The notes: generated from the sequence alone by a model not told the origin. A stretch of DNA of 64,000 bases from an uncultured Pseudobdellovibrionaceae bacterium (GCA_963803705.1 CAWDNU010000004.1:96001-160000); one strand, 5' to 3'; positions 51,168 through 61,280 are shown, counted from the stretch's first letter. Numbers and translations: made by a program.

Positions 51168-52580
51168 CTACTTCAGTAATTCTCTGAATTTATCAAGAAT
51201 TTTTTTCTCTTTAAGTTTGTCATAGGTTTTTTGGCTAACATAAATTCTTGGAATGAAATTTTTAATCTCAGCCAACACAGAAGTTAGTGCACTTTCTTGA
51301 TCAACAAGTAATTCAAGACTACTATTTCTTTTTACAATTTTGATGCCTTCGCTGTTAAAAAGGGGCGTTTTAGAATCTGCAAGCTCTTTTTTTGACTTGG
51401 TGAACGAAACGTCCCTATCAGGAATATCTGTAATAAGCCAGTCATCTGGAAAGTCAGTGGCCATAATCTCTTCTAGCCATGCAAAAGATTTTTTTACCTT
51501 TTCAATAAGCTTAGGCTTGTCATCTATATTCTTAATTAACGTGGGTACAGCTGGGGCTATCTTAATTTGAGCTGGCGGTATTCTTAGGGTTAGCATCAAG
51601 CTTAGTTCACGAATCACAGGGTGGTTAATTCGACCAGATAAGTACTCGTGAATCTTCGCCAAAAAATATGAGTCGTTGAAAGTGAAGTACTCCATGGGGT
51701 TTTGGCTGACATTTGCAATTAAATCTTTAAAAGAATAAGCAAGTCCATTTTCTAAAAAATACTCATAAATTTTTGCAGCCATTAAATCAAATTTATAGTT
51801 TGTACCGTCACTTATTATTTGCGAATACCAAAAATAGCGATTTACCAAAAAGCTTTCTACAACATGAACGGAATCTTCTTTGAACGCAAAAACTGTTTTG
51901 TTCTTATCGCTTACTAAAACCATATTTCTGATTAAAAAATCGATATCATAAATGCCCAATCGCACACCCGTATGATAGGCGTCTCTTAAAAGGTAATCCA
52001 TTCGATCAGCATCAATATCAGAATGAATTAGCTGGTTAGCTAGGATATTTTTTGACTTACCTGCAATAATATTTGAAAGCTCTAAAGGGTCAATACCCTC
52101 TTCAAGTAAAATCCGAGTGAGCCCACCTTCAAAATTTGTATTACAAAGAATGTGACTTCCTAAAGCCTCGTGATTTTCAGATTTACCTGTAAAGCCATTA
52201 TGCTTTCTTTTTTTATAATGTCTAATATAGGCAAGCTCAGTAGTGTGAGATAGTGGAAAAGTGCCAATGTCGTGTAACATACCAGCAAGGCGCATGGTTT
52301 GATGAAAGTTTTTTTTGTCAGATGTTTTTACTGGATTATAAAAGTCTTCGTCAGATGTTGCGACGCCCAAACTTTTAAGGACTCTATCCATAATGTGCAA
52401 AACACCAAGTGTATGAGCATGGCGTGTGTGGGTAGCACCAGGGAAAACATAAAAGGCTAAACCAAGCTGTCTTATCCACCTTAATCTTTGGTAGTATGGG
52501 CTATCTAAAACTCTGGACTCAGTTCTAGACAGTTGAATGTTTCCGTGAATGTTATCAAAAATCATTTTACCGTTGGACAT
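51168..52580 (-). CDS. HD-domain phosphohydrolase, SAMHD1/dNTPase-like
   Basis: DNIHG, QRLRWIRQLG..VFPGATHTR, LHDIG, DADRMDYLLRD. Confidence 0.85.
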   Translation of the reverse strand: MSNGKMIFDNIHGNIQLSRTESRVLDSPYYQRLRWIRQLGLAFYVFPGATHTRHAHTLGVLHIMDRVLKSLGVATSDEDFYNPVKTSDKKNFHQTMRLAGMLHDIGTFPLSHTTELAYIRHYKKRKHNGFTGKSENHEALGSHILCNTNFEGGLTRILLEEGIDPLELSNIIAGKSKNILANQLIHSDIDADRMDYLLRDAYHTGVRLGIYDIDFLIRNMVLVSDKNKTVFAFKEDSVHVVESFLVNRYFWYSQIISDGTNYKFDLMAAKIYEYFLENGLAYSFKDLIANVSQNPMEYFTFNDSYFLAKIHEYLSGRINHPVIRELSLMLTLRIPPAQIKIAPAVPTLIKNIDDKPKLIEKVKKSFAWLEEIMATDFPDDWLITDIPDRDVSFTKSKKELADSKTPLFNSEGIKIVKRNSSLELLVDQESALTSVLAEIKNFIPRIYVSQKTYDKLKEKKILDKFRELLK

Positions 52581-52693
52581 CTAATCATTATCTAAGACCA
52601 TGATACAATAAGGAACCTATAATTAGATGTATTGGACCTAAGGTCGAGTGACGCCAGAAAGCGAACCTTTGGGCTAAGATCGGAATGTAAAAT

Positions 52694-52722
52694 TAGGACC
52701 TGTGGAAGATTCATCTAGGTTT
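52694..52722. repeat. 29-bp direct repeat, copy 2
   Basis: taggacctgtggaagattcatctaggttt. Confidence 0.9.
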
Positions 52723-52794
52723 AAATGCTTTAGATTCAATTGAAGTTGTTTAAAGCGCAGGCTGAGGTTTTTGAAGTGTAGCAATAGCTACATC

Positions 52795-52831
52795 AAAAAA
52801 AGAGAAGAGCGGTCTAGCTCTTCTCTTTTTT
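52795..52831. terminator. Intrinsic terminator
   Basis: aaaaaaagagaagagc-ggtcta-gctcttctctttttt. Confidence 0.85.
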
Positions 52832-52850
52832 AAAAACTTCGGTGGTTTTC

Positions 52851-53636
52851 TTATTTTGCAAAGTTGTTAACTAGTAGCCCTAAAAGACTGCAAAACAGAT
52901 TACAGTTTTGTTGAGGTTGAGCGATCGGGCTGACGGTGCCAACATTGGTATTATTGTTCGCATTGTTAGTGTTAAGCCCTAATCCACCTAAAATTGTGCC
53001 AAGTAATGTTCCAAGGATTGAATCTTTAGCACCTTTGATTTCGTTTTTAACATCACTTTTAATCTCATCTGAAGACTTGTCTGGATTTGGAACACCAATT
53101 AGTCCCCCTATTGTATCTCCAACTTCTTTACCAGATTTTTCTGATATTTTTGCTAGTGCAAAGTTATATACACCTTTAATCACAAGGCTGAAAACACCAG
53201 ATAACATCGTACCTATAAATGCTTCTGATTTTTTAGCGCCTACTAAACTTAAAAGGTTATCTCCTGAGGCCACTTTGACTAAATTAGAAGATATAATCGA
53301 TTCTAGGCTTTCACTGTTATTAAGCTCATCTAGATAAATGTTTCTACCGTTAACTCTGAAAGCGACCCCATCTTTATTTACTATTTCTAGCTGTGCGATA
53401 TTGCCTTCAATTTCTATTTCGATCATTTGACTGTCGATTAAATTTTCTCTGATCTGAATGTCTTCGCCATAAACAGATGAAAGCTCATTAGCTAATTTTT
53501 GATCGTTATCAGATAGGTAAGGACTGAGTGCCTCTAGCACTTCGTTTGAACTTTTGTTTATACTTTGAAAATCGCCACACGCTGTCAACATCATGCAAGT
53601 AGAAGCCATCATTGCTATTATTAAATTTTTCATCAC
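52851..53636 (-). CDS. Hypothetical lipoprotein with Gly-rich amphipathic C-terminal half
   Basis: MLTAC lipobox, RBS ggagg; GTLLGTILGGLG glycine zipper. Confidence 0.7.
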   Translation of the reverse strand: MMKNLIIAMMASTCMMLTACGDFQSINKSSNEVLEALSPYLSDNDQKLANELSSVYGEDIQIRENLIDSQMIEIEIEGNIAQLEIVNKDGVAFRVNGRNIYLDELNNSESLESIISSNLVKVASGDNLLSLVGAKKSEAFIGTMLSGVFSLVIKGVYNFALAKISEKSGKEVGDTIGGLIGVPNPDKSSDEIKSDVKNEIKGAKDSILGTLLGTILGGLGLNTNNANNNTNVGTVSPIAQPQQNCNLFCSLLGLLVNNFAK

Positions 53637-54150
53637 GTTCCTCCAAAAGGTTTTTTATTTCTTAAATGTTACAATAAACTTATCGTCCTAGACCTTGGCC
53701 CCACGACTTCATCTAAAAGTGACTAAAAATTATTCAGGCTAAAAAGAATGTTTCAAATCAAACCACTAGTTTATGAAATTATGACTGAACCGGCGAACTA
53801 TTATACAAGACTAAGGGTGTGAAAACTATATTTACATAAGTACAATCATTGGCGATAAGCCAGCCAATTCAAGTCTTTAGACTATTAATCTATCTTTTTT
53901 GTTTGATAATGGTTCGATCAGGGAATCACGACTTATGAAATTTATTAAAAAATTGTTTTAAAAACTAATAGAAAAATTAGGACTTTTTTGTAAAAGTTAA
54001 TCCAGAGTTGCAGATATTTTATACAGATGTAAATTAAAGTGTTAATTTTTTGTCTAACATTCATTGTCTAACATTCAACTAACATTTCACCCCAATGCCT
54101 TTTACAGATGTTTGAAACCTACAAATTGCAATCAGTCCTAAACCTTAGAT

Positions 54151-54177
54151 AAGAAGGGCCCCTGCAGAGCCCTTCTT
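54151..54177 (-). terminator. Terminator hairpin after rplY
   Basis: aagaagggc-ccctgcaga-gcccttctt. Confidence 0.7.
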
Positions 54178-54214
54178 AATAATGCATGGTTTACAATTTA
54201 CAAAAAAATTTTAA

Positions 54215-54931
54215 CTAAGAGGCTTTATCATCCTTTTTATCTTTCTTAGAGTCGTCAGTTTTGCTGCTGCTGCTATCACCACCATCTTTCTTAGCGATCG
54301 CAGACTCTGATTGCTTCTTCCCTTCTGAAGGCTCTTCACCCTCAGCTGCCGCCTCTGAAGCTTGCTCTTCTTCTTCAGGCTCTTCAGCTTTGATTGCGAT
54401 TGCGACTACAGTTTGATCCGGTTCATGTAAAACTTCTACATTTGAAGGTAGGTTTAAATCACTTATAGAAATCCTGTCATCAATTTGTAAAGCTGAAACG
54501 TCCACTTCGATTTCATTCGGAATATCGTTTGGTAAACAGAAAATATGAAGCTCTTCTAAGGCTTTATTCATAACGCCGCCTTCTTTTATACCCAGAGCTT
54601 CACCAACAAATTTAATACTTACAGTGGCGTCAATCTCTTGCGCCATATTAACCTCATAAAAATCTGCGTGGACAATTTTATTATTTAAATTGTCTATGTC
54701 TAAATTTTTTACGACTGCAGCTAACTTCTGACCATTGAATTGTAGCGAAAAAAGAGCGTGCTCATGAGCTAAAACATTTTTCCTAAAAACAAGGTCGTTT
54801 ACAGTGCCAAATTTGCTTTCTTTGCCTTTTCCATAAATAACTACGGGAACTAAATTTTGTTCCCTCGCTTCTTTCAAATTCTTTTTTCCTAATTTACGTT
54901 CATTCACTTCAACGTCGATTTGCTTAGCCAT
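54215..54931 (-). CDS. rplY: 50S ribosomal protein bL25 / general stress protein Ctc
   Basis: VPVVIYGKG, HADFY, GIKEGGV, IPNEIEVDVSAL, long charged tail. Confidence 0.92.
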   Translation of the reverse strand: MAKQIDVEVNERKLGKKNLKEAREQNLVPVVIYGKGKESKFGTVNDLVFRKNVLAHEHALFSLQFNGQKLAAVVKNLDIDNLNNKIVHADFYEVNMAQEIDATVSIKFVGEALGIKEGGVMNKALEELHIFCLPNDIPNEIEVDVSALQIDDRISISDLNLPSNVEVLHEPDQTVVAIAIKAEEPEEEEQASEAAAEGEEPSEGKKQSESAIAKKDGGDSSSSKTDDSKKDKKDDKAS

Positions 54932-54954
54932 AGATCAAGCCCCCTTTAACTTCT

Positions 54955-56502
54955 CTATAAATTATCAGCGCAAATCACAGCATTGTATATAAGACCCAGC
55001 CCTTGGAATGGCTTTTGTATTGGTTTACAGGCATTTCTAGTCCATAGCATAGATCGGTTATAGACAAATAAAGGGATTTCAAAAGCATTACTTTTCAACT
55101 GTTTGAAAATGACTTGGGACAAAAGTTTAGCCTTAGCTCTATCTTGAGTAATCACTAATTTTTCTAAGTTAGTATCTATCTCTTTTGAGTTCCAGCCTGT
55201 AGAGTTATATTCACCTTTAGAATGAAATACTAAATATAATGGGTAAAACGGGTCTGACTCGTAATCATCTACAAAGGTTGTGAAATCCTTATTATATATA
55301 TGTTCGTTGAAAACTGAATTTGAAACCAATATAAGATTTAAGTTGATTCCGGATCTTCGGTATCTTTCTTTCAAGTACACTAACCATTTGGAGTCCTTGC
55401 TTTGGGTGTAGAGTATATTTAAGTTAATTGATTTCACTGGCTTTGCTAAATGTGTAATATCACCAGTGACCTTGTTAATATCTATGTCGCTAATAGGACT
55501 AAATGCTCGGTATTGCTGTTTCAAGTTTAGTTTTTGCAAGTCGTTGTCGCTTAAAAGTCTATCCCGAAGGGATTGTCGATCACTAAATGACACTTTACTT
55601 AAATTAAATTTTAAAGACTTTGTGAGAACTTTATCTTTGAATGGAAACCAGTCTTCATATGAATTTAATTTCAGTTGATGAAGGTCAATGCCTAACAGCA
55701 GGGATTTTCGCTTTAACCGCAAGGACTTTGCTAAGACTGTTTCAGATCTGTAAGTTTTAATTCTGATTTCCGGGGGCAACTTTGGTGCTCTTTGATCTTT
55801 AAATATCCAAGATTTAGAATTGGGGACCATAAACCATGGGTTGTAATTTGAAAAGCGTTGGACCTTGTAAGGACCTGTTCCTAAGTAGTTTTTCTTTTGC
55901 AAATTATACGGAAGAAGCCTTAAAGAGCTTAAAATTTGCGACCAGTAAACAGAGCTTCCGTAAAAAAGATCATCAGATTTTGTCGGGTTAAGCCTTAAAG
56001 TCAGCAGTCCATCACTATAAGAAACGCTGGAAATACGCACTAAAAGTGGCTGAAATAAAGCTGCTTTAAGAGCTTTAATCTTGTAGAACGTGGTGGAAAA
56101 TTCGAAGTCTTTAAAATTAACAGCTCGGCCATCTGACCACTTTAGATTTGGCCTTAACTTCAAATAGAGCTCTGTCCGATCCTCATTAAAACTCCAAGAA
56201 TGAGCTAGGCTTGGATGCCATGTCTGATTTGCGTCTATCTCAACTAGTCGCTCCCAAACCAATCCCTGTAACTGCCAGACATAAAGACCATCAGGCTTCA
56301 ACGGGTTAAATTGAGGAATTTCCCCGAAGAAGTCGATGTGCAATAATTCTTTATCGTTAGTCTTAGATTTGATTGCAGAACCGGTTGTTGGCTTAAACTG
56401 AAAATGTAAAAAAGAATAAAGACAAAAAATGCCTACCAGTGAAACTAAAATAGTAATAAAAAATTTATATTTCATATGGTGCCCTAATACGTGTAGCGAC
56501 AC
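54955..56502 (-). CDS. Family 5 (peptide/nickel) ABC substrate-binding protein, divergent
   Basis: PSLAHSW, LKWSDG, GTGPYKV, YNSTGWNS. Confidence 0.75.
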   Translation of the reverse strand: MSLHVLGHHMKYKFFITILVSLVGIFCLYSFLHFQFKPTTGSAIKSKTNDKELLHIDFFGEIPQFNPLKPDGLYVWQLQGLVWERLVEIDANQTWHPSLAHSWSFNEDRTELYLKLRPNLKWSDGRAVNFKDFEFSTTFYKIKALKAALFQPLLVRISSVSYSDGLLTLRLNPTKSDDLFYGSSVYWSQILSSLRLLPYNLQKKNYLGTGPYKVQRFSNYNPWFMVPNSKSWIFKDQRAPKLPPEIRIKTYRSETVLAKSLRLKRKSLLLGIDLHQLKLNSYEDWFPFKDKVLTKSLKFNLSKVSFSDRQSLRDRLLSDNDLQKLNLKQQYRAFSPISDIDINKVTGDITHLAKPVKSINLNILYTQSKDSKWLVYLKERYRRSGINLNLILVSNSVFNEHIYNKDFTTFVDDYESDPFYPLYLVFHSKGEYNSTGWNSKEIDTNLEKLVITQDRAKAKLLSQVIFKQLKSNAFEIPLFVYNRSMLWTRNACKPIQKPFQGLGLIYNAVICADNL

Positions 56503-56525
56503 TACCTAATTTTACGAAGACAAAT

Positions 56526-57245
56526 TTAAGAGTGTTCTACAATAGATGCCAACAAAGACTGACTGACAAGCTCAGCTTTCAGTTTAATGTCTTTATCAAG
56601 ATAATTTTGGTTAAATTCGAAAAAAATTCCGTTTACATTTTGGTTCTTTTTGTAGCAGTCTAAAATTGAGTTCAACAAGCAGTCCGTATGCCCCCTGTAG
56701 GGTAAATTTCGATGAACTTTTATATCGGAGTGATTATTTTTAAGTTTTTTTTGAATCTTTTGAGCCAATTGCAATTCTTTTGATATGCTGTTTCTAAATA
56801 GGATACCGATATCTGTTCTTCTTTTTTTGTCCTTATATATAGGACTAAAGGTATGAATCGAAAAAATAAACACTGGCCCCTTTTTAAGATTTTTTTCAAC
56901 CCATGAATTACAACTTTTTAAATAAAAATTATAAGTTTGCTTTATCTTTGTTAACTCACTTTTATTTAAAAATTTACTGACTTTTGAATAAAAGTTTTTA
57001 TTAGACTCGGTTCTGTTTGCGTCAAGAATCAATCTAGTAAAAGGATAAAACAAAAGATCTGTCTTTAAGCCGCAAGCTAATAAGTTGTCTTTAACTAACC
57101 TTGAAATTTCAAGCGCGTGCTTATCGTAAGACTCGTGATTTGCTTTAAGCTTGTTTGGCTGGTACTCATCCGGAATCTTAGACTTTGCAAAATCAGGAAT
57201 TCTGAAATCAGCATGTTCACAAGTGATTAGAACCTTAGGCTTCAA
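56526..57245 (-). CDS. N-formylglutamate amidohydrolase family protein
   Basis: ITCEHA, HESYD, TRLILDANR, SIHTFSP, DIGILF, NLPYRG. Confidence 0.88.
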   Translation of the reverse strand: MKPKVLITCEHADFRIPDFAKSKIPDEYQPNKLKANHESYDKHALEISRLVKDNLLACGLKTDLLFYPFTRLILDANRTESNKNFYSKVSKFLNKSELTKIKQTYNFYLKSCNSWVEKNLKKGPVFIFSIHTFSPIYKDKKRRTDIGILFRNSISKELQLAQKIQKKLKNNHSDIKVHRNLPYRGHTDCLLNSILDCYKKNQNVNGIFFEFNQNYLDKDIKLKAELVSQSLLASIVEHS

Positions 57246-58461
57246 AGTATTTGACCTGGTTCAAGCAATTAGAAAGATTTTTGTAAATGGGTATTAAATT
57301 AGCGGTTGTATAGTCCGACTTAGTTGCTTTTAAAATTCTATCCGATAATGTTCCGTGGCTTAAAATATATTCAATCGGTTCAGCAAATTTAGCTTCTTCC
57401 TTTGAGTACTTTAAGGATTCAAAAACTTGTTTCACCACTTTGACAGATTTGCAACTTTCAGATAATTCCCAAAGGTCTAAGTACTGATCATGATTGACTT
57501 CAGCTGCCTGACCCAATGTGACTGTAGATACAAGAATTTCTTTTAAATCTAATTCTGAAAATTTTTTTTGATCGTTTATTCCTATCCACTCTTCGTTGGC
57601 TAAAGATTTTATTACCTTTATCCAAAAAATTGCTATAGCAATGTCAATAAATGAGTTTTCATTTGTATCGCAAAGCCTGATCTCAATACTGTTTCTTCCA
57701 AATTTTGGGATCGCAGCCCTTGAATTTAACCACTCTTCTTGCAAGCAATTTTCTGTATCCAAAGAGGCTATATCCTTGTACATCGGCTCTAGAATTATCT
57801 GTTCGTATTCTTTCTTGGACCAAGCTTTTTCTGGTATCACATTACCGATAATACTAGGAATGCGCCTTTGATTCGCCAAATAAAAGCCAAGTCTTGAGCT
57901 TAAGTGCTCACCCTTTCTATTTTCGAACACTGGTGAACTAGAAGACAAAACAGGTATCAATGGTAGGATAAGCCTTACGGCCGCATGCAATTTTTCAAAC
58001 TCTAGGTCATTGGCGAACGATAAATTAACATGCATACTTTGAAGGTTCGACCAACCATGCCCCTTGCAGCTAAATATGCGATCGTAAGCCTCATAAATTT
58101 TATTGTTTTCATGAGGCCACAATCTTGTCTCTAAATTAGGATTCATCCAAGGGTGCATTGCTGTTGGAAGCAAAACAGCATCAAAAGCGATTAGTTCTTC
58201 ATTAATTAACTTTATTTCTTTTTGAAACTCGGGATCCAAGGATTTTAGATCTGCAACTGGATCGTCGTTTTTTAACTCAATAACATGACAAACAAGCTCA
58301 TTAGACCAAGTGATTTTTGAGTGAACGATCTCATTGACTCTTTTTCCGCTTATTTTTTCAAAAAGTTCTGGGACAATGGCCTTGATAGCTAAGGTTTTTT
58401 TATCTACAACCATGTATTCAAGCTCGATACCATAGGCCTTAAAAATGGGGTAGATTTTCAT
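57235..58461 (-). CDS. Glutamate-cysteine ligase family 2 (GCS2/YbdK-like) carboxylate-amine ligase
   Basis: GIELEYMVVD, ELVCHVIELK, AMHPWM, SMHVNL, SSSPV, IEIR. Confidence 0.88.
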   Translation of the reverse strand: MKIYPIFKAYGIELEYMVVDKKTLAIKAIVPELFEKISGKRVNEIVHSKITWSNELVCHVIELKNDDPVADLKSLDPEFQKEIKLINEELIAFDAVLLPTAMHPWMNPNLETRLWPHENNKIYEAYDRIFSCKGHGWSNLQSMHVNLSFANDLEFEKLHAAVRLILPLIPVLSSSSPVFENRKGEHLSSRLGFYLANQRRIPSIIGNVIPEKAWSKKEYEQIILEPMYKDIASLDTENCLQEEWLNSRAAIPKFGRNSIEIRLCDTNENSFIDIAIAIFWIKVIKSLANEEWIGINDQKKFSELDLKEILVSTVTLGQAAEVNHDQYLDLWELSESCKSVKVVKQVFESLKYSKEEAKFAEPIEYILSHGTLSDRILKATKSDYTTANLIPIYKNLSNCLNQVKYFEA

Positions 58462-59924
58462 CTTGATTCCAAACGTTTAAGAAATGAAAGCATTACCTTA
58501 CTGTATAGGCTGTCGCCAAGTATCCGGTCCTCAACACCATAATCAATTGAAGGGTTATCGTTCACTTCGATAACAAGGTATCGACCTTCCCCCACATCCT
58601 TAATATCCACGCCATACAGACCGTCCCCAATGTCCTTGCAGGCTTTTTTAGCAAGGTTTAAAACTTCTTTTGGAACCTCTTCAATAGCTAAAGTGGTTGC
58701 GTTACCATTTACTGACTTTCCATCTTCGTGCTTGATAATTTGCCAATGGCCCTCTGCCATATAGTACTTGCAAGCATAAAAAGGTTCTCCGTCTATTAAG
58801 CCTATTCTCCAGTCGAAACTAGTTTTTACGTACTCTTGCAAAATTAGAAGGTCTGAATCCTTGAAATATTCATCAGATATTTCGACTAACTCTTGCAAGT
58901 TTTTTACTTTTTTGACGCCTGTTGAAAAAGCACTGTCTGGTTTTTTGATAACGGCTGGGTACTCAAAATCTAGTTTACTAAAATCCGAGTTTTTAAAAAC
59001 AATGGAGGTTTTAGGCGTTGGAATATTTTTTTTATTTAGGTAATCGTTTAAGTATATTTTGTTACAGCACCTTAAAATACTGTTAGGGTCGTCCATGACA
59101 ACCATATCCTCTGACTGGGCAAAAAGTGAAAATTTATAAGTGTGGTCTGATACGCTGGTAGTTTCCCTTATAAATAAAGCGTCATACTTAGAAATAGCCC
59201 CGAAGTCTTTAGGCCCAATAACGTCTACATAAATTCGTAGATCATTGGCGGCGTTTATAAATTTTTTGATGGCCTTTGGATCAGACGGAGGCATTTCCAC
59301 TTCGTCATTGTACAAAATTGCAAGATCGTATTTATAAACTTTAGGTTTATTCTTTGAAATTGTTCTGTTTTTATTAAAAAATTCTTGTAAGGATAATTTT
59401 AAGAAATCCTTATGAGACTCTGGAATTGATCTTAATGAAATCGGGCTAATTGACTTCATGATCCAAGTATCTTCTTTTTTTACAAATAACACTTTCATAA
59501 GTGGAGCTTGAAAATGATTAAATATTTGCTTGGCAAGGATGTTGTATTTCTCGGTGATATTTTTGCCAAAATAGATACTAAGGTCAAATGTGTCAGACTT
59601 CAAATTTTTTAATAAACGGTTGGTGGACTCTTGCACTTGTTCGGAAAAAACCTTTAATGACTCTTTGTTTTGAATTTCGGTGATCAATACAACTTGTGGA
59701 TAGGGTCTATCCCCTCTAGCTTCAGCTAAAAGTGATACATAGTAACCCTTTTTGCAGTAAGAGTAGTCATTACACAGATTAAAAACTTTATTCCTATCTT
59801 TTATTACATTAGAATCAGAACTTGATTTCAAATACTCTTCTGCAGTAAGAATCCTATAATTCACATTGGTATCATTATAAAATTCTTTCTCTTTTTCGCT
59901 GCCAACAATAATTAAATTTTTCAC
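58458..59924 (-). CDS. RimK-family ATP-grasp ligase with N-terminal RLAN domain
   Basis: NLCNDYSY.KKGYYVSLLAEARG (RLAN); DALFIRETT, KPDSAFSTGV, FDWRIG, LYGVDIK, IEVNDNP. Confidence 0.92.
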   Translation of the reverse strand: MKNLIIVGSEKEKEFYNDTNVNYRILTAEEYLKSSSDSNVIKDRNKVFNLCNDYSYCKKGYYVSLLAEARGDRPYPQVVLITEIQNKESLKVFSEQVQESTNRLLKNLKSDTFDLSIYFGKNITEKYNILAKQIFNHFQAPLMKVLFVKKEDTWIMKSISPISLRSIPESHKDFLKLSLQEFFNKNRTISKNKPKVYKYDLAILYNDEVEMPPSDPKAIKKFINAANDLRIYVDVIGPKDFGAISKYDALFIRETTSVSDHTYKFSLFAQSEDMVVMDDPNSILRCCNKIYLNDYLNKKNIPTPKTSIVFKNSDFSKLDFEYPAVIKKPDSAFSTGVKKVKNLQELVEISDEYFKDSDLLILQEYVKTSFDWRIGLIDGEPFYACKYYMAEGHWQIIKHEDGKSVNGNATTLAIEEVPKEVLNLAKKACKDIGDGLYGVDIKDVGEGRYLVIEVNDNPSIDYGVEDRILGDSLYSKVMLSFLKRLESR

Positions 59925-60647
59925 CTACCCACCGATGACAATCACATCTGCATCATATGTGATTGCCCCAATCAAAATAGCATTTATGAACAAGGTGGTA
60001 TCTACCTTATAACGACTTGTCTTACTAAGTGGATTATCACCCATCGGATCGTAAACCTCAACTTGAGTTCCTTTTTTTGACATCCCCGCCAAAATCACAA
60101 AATGCCCCTGGGGCGACCCATGGATATCATCGTATTCATTGTCATCATTTCTTTCTCTTTCACATCTGTAAAGGTAGGTCGCACTTAATCCAACAATTAA
60201 AGGTCCCCTTTCTACTAGCAATTTATGCAAAAATTCACGATCCAAAATTGAGAACTTAACTTTGCCGCCCAGTTTCAAATAATCGATATAAAGCTTGGAT
60301 GACTTTCTAATTTTTAGTGTTTTAGGAGCATTACATTGTCGCTTTAGCTTTTTTATTAAGTTTGCTTTACTAAGCTTAAACCATGTTGGGTCAAAAACAT
60401 GAAGATTGTGTGTGTAGATTGTGGACTTTAAGCCATTTTCGAGAGCGTTAATTCCTAAAGCCTCGCCCATAGTCCCACCAGTGTCCAAATACCTAACTTC
60501 TGCGATAGTTTTTTTTATCGGAATTTGCATATTAAGGTAATTGTATATTCCATCTAGGCAAGTGGGGCCGCAGGTAGTGTCAGTCGGTTGAGCTTGAATT
60601 TTAATATCGTAGACAATATCTTTCATTATACCTCGTAGCTTGCACAT
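59925..60647 (-). CDS. Peptidase C39-like (papain-fold) protein
   Basis: QPTDTTCGPTCL, GHFVIL, VYDP catalytic triad; probable start MKDIVY. Confidence 0.85.
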   Translation of the reverse strand: MCKLRGIMKDIVYDIKIQAQPTDTTCGPTCLDGIYNYLNMQIPIKKTIAEVRYLDTGGTMGEALGINALENGLKSTIYTHNLHVFDPTWFKLSKANLIKKLKRQCNAPKTLKIRKSSKLYIDYLKLGGKVKFSILDREFLHKLLVERGPLIVGLSATYLYRCERERNDDNEYDDIHGSPQGHFVILAGMSKKGTQVEVYDPMGDNPLSKTSRYKVDTTLFINAILIGAITYDADVIVIGG

Positions 60648-60896
60648 ATCGAGAAGTGCTCAAGCTTTGATTAAATTATAAGTAGATTACATTTAAGAAG
60701 TAAAGATATTGCTACTTAAATGCGCGAAATTAACTAACTTAGGCATAAGTACTGTCACATCTAAAGGTAGCAATTTAAATCATATAGATGTAACGCATCT
60801 GCAGAAAAAGCTATGACACCAGGAACCTTGGAATTTTAAGAGAACAATAATATTTAAATATTAATTTATTAAATAACTTTCCTTGGGGGGAATATA

Positions 60897-61280
60897 ATGA
60901 AAAAAATTTTTAATCTATGTCTGACTATCGTAAGTGGAACTGTGTTGTTCTTAACTATGGCTAGTGCGGCTGAAATTAATGGCGGTGTGTTTAATCCCGT
61001 GACTAAAAAAGTTGAATTAAATGTATCTTATGGCGGTGGATGCTCAGAGCACTCTTTTGAATTAGAACCTATCAATGGATGTTTGGAATCATTTCCCGTA
61101 CAATGTACATTAAGTTTATTGCACACAACTGATAAACCTGATTTTTGCGAAGCATTCATCACAAGAGATCTAGAGTTAGACCTTCCTGCTGAGTTTTTCA
61201 GCGATGCTTACTACACAGGCGCTTATTTGACTATTATGGGTGCAGGTCAAACTTCATTCTCTTTTCAATTGGCTGAATAA
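60897..61280 (+). CDS. Hypothetical secreted Cys-containing protein
   Basis: Signal peptide; YGGGC..H.F.L, CLESFPVQC, DFCEA. Confidence 0.7.
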   Translation: MKKIFNLCLTIVSGTVLFLTMASAAEINGGVFNPVTKKVELNVSYGGGCSEHSFELEPINGCLESFPVQCTLSLLHTTDKPDFCEAFITRDLELDLPAEFFSDAYYTGAYLTIMGAGQTSFSFQLAE

